Shown piece after piece: positions 54,620-64,000 of a stretch of DNA of 64,000 nucleotides; positions within the stretch are counted from its first letter, which is position 1, and the number at the start of each line of letters is the position of its first letter. This DNA comes from Eledone cirrhosa (Eukaryota), in assembly GCA_964016885.1 (NCBI GenBank), contig OZ024751.1, positions 43,586,001 through 43,650,000 of the forward strand, in the 5' to 3' direction. Under the pieces are notes generated by a model that was not told the origin of the DNA, did no database searches, and saw only the letters and a list, made by a program, of their open reading frames with translations. A program made the position numbers and the translations under genes.

Positions 54620-55110
54620 ATGGTGGTGGGGGTGGTAGTTGTAGTATTGGTGGTGGTGGTGATAGTAGTAGTATTGGTGGTGGTGGTGATAGTAGTAGTA
54701 TTGGTGGTGGTGGTGATAGTAGTAGTATTGGTGGTGGTGGTGATAGTAGTAGTATTGGTGGTGGTGATAGTAGTAGTATTGGTTCTGGTTGTAGTAGTAG
54801 TATCGGTGGTGGTGGTAGTAGTGTTGGTGGTGGTGGTGATAGTAGTAGTATTGGTGGTGGTGGTGATAGTAGTAGTATTGGTGGTGGTGGTAGTAGTAGT
54901 ATTGGTGGTGGTTGTAGTAGTAGTATCGGTGGTGGTGGTAGTAGTATTGGTGGTGGTGGTGATAGTAGTAGTATTGGTGGTGGTGGTGATAGTAGTAGTA
55001 TTGGTGGTGGTGGTGATAGTAGTAGTATTGGTGGTGGTGATAGTAGTAGTATTGGTGGTGGTAGTAGTGTTGGTGATGGTGGTGGTAGTAGTATTATTGG
55101 TGGTGGTGGT
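54620..55110. repeat. (GTG/GTA) compound repeat, 24-27-bp unit
   Basis: gtagtagtattggtggtggtggtgata repeated. Confidence 0.9.
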
Positions 55111-55287
55111 AATACATCTATTAGTTGCAATCAAAAAGCCACAGCTTCGAACTAACTAATCTCTTTATCTCCCTTAGTTTCCCCTGATCACAACTTTGAT
55201 GTATTTAGTAATAGAATTGATAACCATAGTAACTATATTGATAAGCTGTTGTTAGGCAACACCTTTTAGGATATCTCTCTCTCCCTT

Positions 55288-55367
55288 TGCCTCAAGTGGG
55301 ACAACTCCCGTCTAACCCAGGCTAGCGTGGAAAATGGACGTTAAACGAAGACGATGATGATGATGAT
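55288..55367 (+). mobile_element. RTE family 1 3' tail fragment
   Basis: ttgcctcaagtgggacaactcccgtc...ggacgttaaacga...(gat)n. Confidence 0.8.
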
Positions 55368-55502
55368 ATACACATATATATATATATATGTGTGTGTGTG
55401 TGTATGTGTATATATATATGTAGTTCAAGAATAAACAAGACAAATACAGAGATGAAAAACAGTCTCATTAGTGTCCCACTATATAGTACATATATATATA
55501 CA

Positions 55503-55602
55503 CACGGTGTCCCCCAAAAATGTATATACACTTCGTCATCATTCAAAAACATATTGCCTGTACAGGTAATTAAAGTGTGTATACATTTTTTGGGACACCC
55601 TG
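55503..55602. mobile_element. Tc1/mariner-type MITE
   Basis: Reverse-orientation homologue of 49275-49375; ends ggacaccctg-TA. Confidence 0.8.
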
Positions 55603-55636
55603 TATATGTAAAGCGTTTTTTCATCTGTGTTTGTCC

Positions 55637-55889
55637 AAGTGAAACTGGTGTAATATCCACCTCTGAAGTGAAACTGGTGTAATATCCACCTCCAAAGTGA
55701 AACTGGTGTAATATCCACCTCTGAAGTGAAACTGGTGTAATATCCACCTCTGAAGTGAAACTGGTGTAATATCCACCTCTGAAGTGAAACTGGTGTAATA
55801 TCCACCTCTGAAGTGAAACTGGTGTAATATTCAGCTCCAAAGTGAAACTGGTGTAATATCCACCTCCAAAGTGAAACTGGTGTAATATT
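55637..55889. repeat. 29-bp minisatellite, ~8.7 units
   Basis: aagtgaaactggtgtaatatccacctctg. Confidence 0.95.
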
Positions 55890-56097
55890 CGAAAATATTT
55901 TAGCACCTCATTTATGTAGAATTTGAAGTCGGTGAACATAGTCAAGATATTAACCTCCTCATCTTATCTATGAGTAGTGTATATAAGGTAAGCCCTGTAA
56001 ATCAAGCAAGCTGTATGACCAAAGGCAGCTGTGACTGATAAAGTTTGAAGAACCCTTGTTTAAAGTTTTTGGATCATCATCTGTCACTACTGATAAA

Positions 56098-56277
56098 CAG
56101 GGCCTATGAGGTGTGGGGGGGGGGGGTGCAGCCGGTACTTTGTTCCGGGGGCCCAAGAGCTAAGAAGGCCCCACAGCAACCAACCATGCAACATGCATTT
56201 TGAGAAAAATATTTGCCTGCTTCGGGCCCCAAAGGGGTCTTGTATCGCCTTGCAAAATCTTTCTCATGGTGGCCCTG
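56098..56277. mobile_element. Possible hAT-like MITE
   Basis: cagggcc...ggccctg termini, internal gggccc motifs; 8-bp flanks ctgataaa/ggtataaa match only partly. Confidence 0.45.
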
Positions 56278-57077
56278 GGTATAAATATATATAACATGCT
56301 TCAGCAACCTTCCTCGAACAGTGGGCCACATAGGATGTGGTTCATCATAAGGTGGGCGATACTACTAAAAAATTCAAGGCAATTTTGAAATTAGGCATGT
56401 CATTCAGAAATCCAAACGAGCCACAGTTTGCCCATGGCTGATATATAAAAGGTGTGTATGCATATATTCCACCCCCCCCACGAATGGCTCACTGTCAGTT
56501 TCTCTATGTGTGTGTATATGTATATGTGTGTATTTATGCATGTATGTGTGTTTGTCTATGTATCTCTTCATACTGTCCTGTCCTCCATGTTTGTTTGTAA
56601 TGTCAAAAGAAGCCAAGACTGATAAAATTTCATTAGCAGGTAATTACACTCATTAATTGTGTGGTAAGTGAAGAGGAAGTTTCCATCATTGGTTAACTTT
56701 GTCTTAGTTTCGTCCATCTTCCAGCATCATGTTTCATTTAACAAATGGGTTCCATGGACCTACTCTCTCTCTCTCCCTATCTCTCCCTCTCTCTATATAT
56801 CTCCCTCCCTCCCTCCCCTCTATCTCTTCCTCTCTCTGCTAGAACATTTGTCCTCCCTCATGTTATAACTATCCCATTTTTTCTTTCCCAGCTATAGTCT
56901 ATTTAGCACTACATAATCCAATGTGTGCCTTCATTTGTCAGATGTGATTGTGTTGTTACTAGATTTGGCTGCTATTTCTAACAGATTCATTAACTGCTAC
57001 TGCTTGCTAACTTTCTTAGTTCAGTAAGGTCTGACATGTTGAAATGATATTTCCTTTAACACTTTCCTTAGCATATT

Positions 57078-57302
57078 ACGCTGTAATGTGGTCGTGTAGG
57101 TGACACGATAAAAAGTTCCCAGTTCCACACTGTAAATCTGGTTGGTGTTAGGAAGGGCATCCAGCCGTAGAAAACCTGCCAGATACTCCTATACGAGCGA
57201 GACACGGTCACCCGACCAACCTTGCCTCAAGTGGGACAACTCCCGTCTAACCCATTCTAGCGTGGAAGATAGATGTTAAACGATGATGATGAAGATGATG
57301 AT
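57078..57302 (+). mobile_element. RTE family 1 3' UTR fragment
   Basis: gttggtgttaggaagggcatccagcc...ttgcctcaagtgggac...(gat)n. Confidence 0.88.
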
Positions 57303-57505
57303 TTCCAATGAAATAGAGTGCCTATGAGTTTCAAATATATTTGTGTATTTATGTCCAGTCCAATCCAATCCAGGGCCTTCCCTGTCCAGTCCTGTTGTAG
57401 GAACCCCTCCTTGGTTGACCTCCACCTGGGTCTGGTGAGGAAGCTGGTTTTGTCAGTAGCAGGCAGGAGCCTGAACTGATGGTATATATATATATATATA
57501 TATAA

Positions 57506-57712
57506 TCATCATCATCATCATCATTTAACGTCTATCTTCCACGCTAGCATGGGTTTAGACGGGAATTGTCCCACTTGAGGCAAGATTGGTTGTCTTGCTC
57601 GTATAGGACTGTCTGGCAGGTTTTCTACAGCTGGATACTCTTCCTAACATCAACCACGTTTACAGTATGGACTGGGAGGTTTTTACCGTGTTGCCCACAC
57701 AGCCACATTACA
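57506..57712 (-). mobile_element. RTE family 1 3' UTR fragment
   Basis: Reverse-complement homologue of 57078-57302. Confidence 0.88.
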
Positions 57713-58396
57713 CCGTATGCTGTGTGTGTGTATGTATATACAAACACACACACAGCCACATTACACCGTATGCTGTGTGTGTGTATGTATATACAAACAC
57801 ACACACAAATACGAAAGGCAAATAAAACAAAACAAAGTAATACTCAGTATATTTCAACTTGATATTTCAGGGCTGTTTCCCTCTTTTCAGATGTGAATTT
57901 GAAACAGTTCAAAATTTTGATTTTAATTATTCATCACCATTCATACATGCACACAACCACCATCGCTACCTCCATCACAACTATCACCACCACCACCATC
58001 ACTATGACCATCACCATCACTACCACCACCATCACCACCAGCACCTTCACAATCACCACCAACACTACCATGACCATCACAACCAACACCAACAATATCT
58101 GACTGTCTGCATCAACATAAAAGGTTTTTTTTTTATGAACTGTTCCCCATCAACACATTTGATAGCTTTTAACACGCATGCATATACACTGAGGCATATG
58201 CAGACACATACACAGACACACACACACATACACACATACACATACACATGCATACATACACAGATGCATGCGCACATAGGCACAAATACAGACATAGAGA
58301 TACACACACATACAGACCAACACACATAGAGATACAGACACATGCAAACACACACACACACTGCTTTCTTCTCTTCTATTCTATCATAACCTTACC

Positions 58397-58450
<54 letters not shown>

Positions 58451-59699
58451 CTCTCTCTTTCTCTCTCTTTCTCTCAACAAGAACAAAACAAAAATGTAAA
58501 ACCAAACCAAACCATGTTACCATCCACAATTGATTGAACTGAAGTGTTGGTGGTGGTGGCGGTAGTGGTAGGGGGTCTGTTCTTGCCATTTTCCGGTCTA
58601 TTTCATTAAGAGAATGCCCTCCTTCCCCCTCCAATGTTTTTCACAGTTCAGCACCTTCACCACCACCACCAACCGCCTCTCCACCATACCATTGTTTTTG
58701 TGAGAACTATTGCCTTTGAATTTCTCTTGGTACTTCCAACAACTCGGTCCTTTACATAAACTTTGGGGAATTTGAAACAAGAATTTTCTCTTTATTTGGG
58801 GCCTTTTTCTTTAACTGTTAACAACCTGTAATGATTTAGCTGAAAAATATCTAAAAACAAGTTTGTTAACTTAAATGTTTACAGTATCTTTATTAGTGGA
58901 CAGATTGTTGTGAACATTTGTTGTAAACTAAAATAAAGACTTTAATTTTTAATGAGATGCAGTCATAGTGTTGTTTTTCCCTTTTCAAGAATATCTTGCT
59001 AATGTGGTTTCATGTGGTTTATTTATTTATTCAAATATTTATGGTATCTTTTCTAATGGACAGATTCTTGTGAAAATTTGCCACACACACATACATACAC
59101 AACTACACACACACACACACACAACCACAGACACACAACCACAGACATACAAACACACAGACACATGACCACACAAACGCATAACCACAGGCATACTCAC
59201 ACAACTTCTCCTTCCCAAAACACACCTAGAACCATACAAAGACACACACACACAACCCTTCTTTCAATCAAACACACATAGAACCATACACACACACACA
59301 CACAACCCTTCCTTCAATCAAACACACATAGAACCACACACACACACACACACACAACTCCTTCTTCCCCCAAACACTTAGAACCACACACAATCACTCC
59401 AACACACCTAGAACCACACACAATTTAGATCCTTCTTTAAATCTCTTCAGTTCACCTCTACTCCTCCTATCTTGACACAGGCAATCTTTTCTAATTTAGC
59501 AATGTTCCCAGCTATAAATTACCTAGTTTGAGTCCACAGGTGTGACAGCTTTGAAATTAAAGTTTGAAATTTAACACAGAATTGATGTAATGGTCAGACA
59601 GGTGTGTCAAAATCTGTTTCTTCAGTTTCAACTTTGTCTTTGATAAATTGACTTTTGTTCTCTCTCTCTCTCTCTTTCTCTCTCTCTGTGATTATATAA

Positions 59700-60540
59700 C
59701 CTTCACTACCATCATTGCTACCACCACCATTGGCACTACCTCCACCACTTCCACTACTACCACAGTCAACACCTTCACCATAATCTCCACCACTACCCCC
59801 ACAATCATCATCACCATCTCCACGATAATTACCACCACCACCACTGTCACCACCATAACACACCACCACCACCATCACCACCACCACTGTCGCTACCATC
59901 ATCATCACCACCACCACTGTCACCATCACCACCATCGCCACAATAATTACCACTACCACCACAATCATCACCATCACTCCCACCATCACCACCATCACCA
60001 TCACCACCACCACAACACACCACCACTGCCACCACCATCACCATCACCACCACCACTGTCGCTACCATCACCACTGTAATGGTGTAAGAAGTATTTCTGA
60101 GTTTCCTTTCTGTTATATTTATAAAGTTGGTTGTTTCTCCTGTTATTCATGTTTGATGGCAGAAAAATAGTTATTTCTGTTAATGTACGGCCTTAAATAG
60201 TATCACCTTGGTGATGGTGGTGGTGGTGATGGTAGCAATGATGATGATGGCAGTGGTGATGGTGGTGGTGGTGGTGATGGTAGCAATGATGATGATGGCA
60301 ATGATAATGGTGATTGTGGTGGTGGTGGTGGTAGCAATGATGATGATGGCAGTGGCAATGATAATGGTGATTGTGGTGGTGGTGGTGGTGGTAGTGATGA
60401 TGGCAGTGGCCATGATAATGGTGATGGTGGTGGTGGTGGTGATAGTAGTGATGGTGGTGGTGGTGGTAGTAGTGATGGTGGTGGTAGTAGTGGTGGTGGC
60501 AATGACAATAGTGGGTAGTAGTGATGTTGATGGAGGTGGT
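59700..60540. repeat. (CAC/CAT) tract followed by a (GTG/ATG) tract
   Basis: 59700-60075 CAC-rich, 60210-60540 GTG-rich. Confidence 0.85.
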
Positions 60541-60650
60541 GATAGATTTTTTTCTGTGGGGAGTCGGGTATAGGACCAAGTTCCCCTAGTGGGTAGGGGG
60601 ACTCGTTTCTAGAACACTACTTGCCTTCAGCCTGTACCTTCCTTCCTTAA

Positions 60651-61063
60651 CCCTTTAGCATTTACATTACTCTATATATATATACTATTGTATTTTTGTG
60701 CTTTATCTTACATAATTATCTGATAATATCGAATCTATGAGATTTTGATATCTATTTTGAGAACGTGGATTGGCAGTATCGGTAGAGGGTCGGACACCGT
60801 GCTTTGACGCATAGAGTTATGGCCCTTGCCATTCTGAGTTCAAATTCCACTGAGGTTAACTTTGCCTTTCATCCTTACGGGGTCGATAAAATAAAGTACC
60901 AGTAATGCACTGGATAATTGCTGGCCTTGTGCTAAAAGTAGAAACAATTATTTATTTTGAGAAAAATATCTTAACATCAGTATGAGTGGCCGGTTATGGA
61001 TGGTTTGAACAGAAAGAAGTGAGAAAATTCTGGCCAGATATGGCCGGTTTAAATGCTAAAGGG
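60651..61063. mobile_element. piggyBac-like MITE with nested SINE
   Basis: TTAA-ccctttagcattta...taaatgctaaaggg-TTAG; 14-bp perfect TIR. Confidence 0.75.
60764..60952 (+). mobile_element. SINE family 2, full length, with 11-bp target-site duplication
   Basis: A and B boxes; tattttgagaa at 60753-60763 and 60953-60963. Confidence 0.9.
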
Positions 61064-61808
61064 TTAGGGTGACAAGATGACCAAATGGTTAAGCTGTTTG
61101 ATACAATGTTTGCAGTGTATGTTCTGCCACCCCAACACACAACTTAACTCGTATGCAACACAGGAAAAACAGACATTAAATGATGATGATGTACATGAAT
61201 GTGTGTATGTTAGTGTGTGTGTTAGTGTTAGTGTGTGTATGTGTGTTCGTATTAGTATGTGTGTGTTTGTGTTAGTGTGTATGTGGATTACAGTGTGTTA
61301 GTGTGTGTGTGACTGCAGTGTTTCTGTTAGTGTGTGTTTGTGGACTGCACTTGTAACTCAAAAGTGCAACAATGTTGTGATGTGTTGCATTGATTACACC
61401 TGAGAATTACACACACACACAAGCCTATGGTATACTCAGCCACTTTGTTACACATTAATATAATAACTAAGTAGACTGCTCAGTCGATATAACAACAGAG
61501 TCATTATATGTTGTTCTCAATGGGAGAGTCCGTCATACACCTTAACTAATTAAGAGAGAAAATCTTCTACAGGTAATTAGTAGAACATGGACAAATAGAT
61601 TATAGACAGATGTTTCAAACGACAAATCAATTCTCACAGTACAGTTTCTTCTTTGCCTTAATTCTTTCGTCTCGTTCAACCTTTTGCATGTTCTACATGG
61701 TTTTAATTAGCAATCCGCTGTAGATAAACTAAACTACAGTGTATTCTACATGTGTAGGTGTGGCTTGTTTGTAAATATGCAAACATACCAACCCACCCAA
61801 ATCACCTA

Positions 61809-61839
<31 letters not shown>

Positions 61840-62125
61840 TTTCTCTCTTTTTCTCTCTCATATATATGTGTGTATATATATATATATTTTTTTTTTTCAA
61901 ATTCTTTTAATTTATACATTATCTTCCAACGGCTTTCAACCTCTCTATGTAAAACAATATATCTTCTCTCAGTTATAAAAACTATCTCTTTCTCTCTATC
62001 ACCCATCTCTCCCTCTCCACCTTTACTCTCATCTCCTCCCCTTTTTTCATCCTTTCCACCCCCCCCCCCCCTCTCTAAATAAAATATTTTTCCCAATATC
62101 ACACATCAATCTAAAACTACTTTTC

Positions 62126-62295
62126 ATATGTTGATTTAAAACTGCACTATCCACAAGTGTTTTTTAGCCTTCATATCATGTTCTCCTGTTTTATCTGATG
62201 AAAACACAAATATTATTGCATGATGATGTTTGTTTTTGAAATGCGCATAATAAAATACATGGAACTCCTTTAACCATCTTTTGATCTTATATATT
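62126..62295 (+). mobile_element. Hammerhead element, family D copy 2
   Basis: Nearly identical to the reverse complement of 14930-15095. Confidence 0.85.
62188..62256 (+). ncRNA. Type I hammerhead ribozyme, family D
   Basis: gttttat-CTGATGA-aaacacaaatattatt..gatgatgtttgttttt-GAAA-tgcgca-TA-ataaaat; 7-bp stem I, palindromic ATGCGCAT stem III, predicted cut after 62249. Confidence 0.85.
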
Positions 62296-62372
62296 ATATA
62301 TATATATATATATATGTTTGTATGTAAAATGTAAACAGAAATAACAACACATTCGGTATATATATATATATA

Positions 62373-62525
62373 TAACTGCTCTGTAGAACAACTGATGTTA
62401 TTACATTGAGCTATTTATCTTACTGGTAATAAGGTAGTAATCAATTACTGACCTTCACTGTTTAGGGTTTAAAATATACATAACTATAAAAAGTTTTAGT
62501 ATATACATAACCATAAATAGTATCC

Positions 62526-62533
<8 letters not shown>
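62373..62533. mobile_element. TA-embedded insert, family C copy 2
   Basis: Homologue of 21824-21987 with the same boundaries. Confidence 0.7.
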
Positions 62534-62560
<27 letters not shown>

Positions 62561-62565
<5 letters not shown>

Positions 62566-62762
62566 AAGGAAATGTGGTAAGGAACCAGATGGACCATAAC
62601 GCACCAGAGTACTCAATACTTAGGGTAGTAGAGTGGGAAATAGGAGAAAGTATGACCCCGATGGCAGAGCTCAAGCCATTTCGACGGCTATTTCTGGACT
62701 ATTTAGTCCAGAAATAGCCCTCGAAACGGCTTGAGCTCTGCCATCGGGGTCATACTTTTTCA
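62561..62762 (-). mobile_element. Fold-back element, family B copy 2 (3' half of hammerhead only)
   Basis: Arms ~62647-62701/62704-62758, tail 62561-62646 homologous to 53071-53148. Confidence 0.85.
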
Positions 62763-63229
62763 TATATATATATATATATAACTGATGTGTTGGCTGGTTG
62801 GCCCAATGTTACATTCAAGAACATAGAAAGAGAGGCAGGGTGGGGGGAAAAAAAGGGAGAATTAATATATGGATTGAAGGAGTAGTATAGTTACAGACCA
62901 GAGAGGCAGGGATTAAGAAACATTATATTGAAACACACACACATGTATGTGTATATATATATATGTGTGTGTGTGTGTGGTATGTGTATGGGTATATGTA
63001 TATATGTGTGTATGAATCTATATGTATATATGTGCGTGTATATATATATATATATGTGTGTGAGTGTGTGTGTATTTATATGTATGTGTGCATATATATG
63101 TATATATATATATGTGTGTATGTATATATATATGTGTGTGTGTGTATATATATATATATACATACATACACATAATTAGGAAAGAATATGTGCAAAAGCA
63201 ACATGCTTCAAGAAGAGAGTGAGGAAAGA

Positions 63230-63612
63230 AAAGAGAGAAAGAGAGAGTGTGCGTGTGTGTGAATAAGAAAGAGAGAGTGTGTGTTTGTGTGTGAATAAGA
63301 GAGGGAGAGAGTGTGTGTTTGTGTGTGAATAAGAAAGGGAGAGAGTGTGTGTTTGTGTGTGAATAAGAAAGGGAGAGAGTGTGTGTTTGTGTATGAATAA
63401 GAGAGAGAGTGTGTGTGTGTGTGTGTTTGTGTATGAATAAGAGAGAGAGAGAGAGTGTGTGTGTTTGTGTGTGAATAAGAGAGAGAGAGTGTGTGTGTTG
63501 TTTGTGTGTGAATAAGAGAGAGAGAAAGTGTGTGTGTGTTTGTGTGTGAATAAGAGAGAGAGAGAGTGTTTGTGTGTGAAAAAGAGAGAGAGAGTGTGTG
63601 TGTGTTTGTGTG
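63230..63612. repeat. ~34-bp gaataa(ga)n(gt)n minisatellite
   Basis: About 10 units. Confidence 0.9.
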
Positions 63613-64000
63613 TAAGAAGACAAACAGAATGTTTTGGCTTAATTCCAAAGAGAATTGGAAGAATACAGGTCTGAGACAGCTTGGCATCAAATGGTTGGCG
63701 TTGTACAGCAATAATTCCTCCATGTCTGGTAAATAATGGTCTATATATACTGCTGTGTTTGTAGTTACACTTATATCTGCTGCTGACTTATCTCAGACTC
63801 AAGCTTTTAGACATAACAAGGAAGATTAGTGGTGGTGGTTGTTGTTGTTGTTGTTGTTATTGTTGTTTTTTAGCCCTAGGCCTGCTCTAATAGAGAAGAT
63901 CGATAAAAATCCTCCCAGCCGTGGCCATCATGTATTATTTTTAGACAATATACATCGAATACTACATTGTCCAATGGATCTTTTGCCTTCTCAGATGGTA

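Noticed and set aside
54512-55159. Poly-Val / mucin-like Thr-rich ORFs (also 42220-42676, 59594-60579)
   Set aside because: Trinucleotide repeats open in several frames on both strands
63625-63735. Non-repetitive stretch that might be an exon
   Set aside because: Weak splice signals, more than one open frame, no recognisable protein

Overview
Eukaryotic, AT-rich, repeat-dominated DNA with no confidently identifiable host gene. The repeat content (RTE LINEs with (GAT)n tails, tRNA-derived SINEs, kilobase (TA)n tracts) resembles a cephalopod/octopus-type genome, which is an inference. It holds about ten 5'-truncated RTE LINE copies from at least three families (the longest keeps an open 812-codon endonuclease-end/RT frame with a PHD finger inside the RT), two SINE families, several MITEs and many mini/microsatellites, including an ~8 kb GTAGCACWGTTT(AT)n array. 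The main result is a set of short (60-500 bp) non-coding inserts lodged in (TA)n tracts. Four unrelated families carry type I hammerhead ribozyme folds, one with a U3-A8 core variant. Five copies are fold-backs whose inverted arm stops at a fixed point about 15-22 nt upstream of an 11-nt motif, TRTYGAGYVCT, shared by five families. This looks like a (TA)n-targeted, ribozyme-bearing Penelope-like/retrozyme-type system whose protein-coding master element is not in the window. All coordinates and folds were read by eye; array boundaries and copy numbers are approximate.
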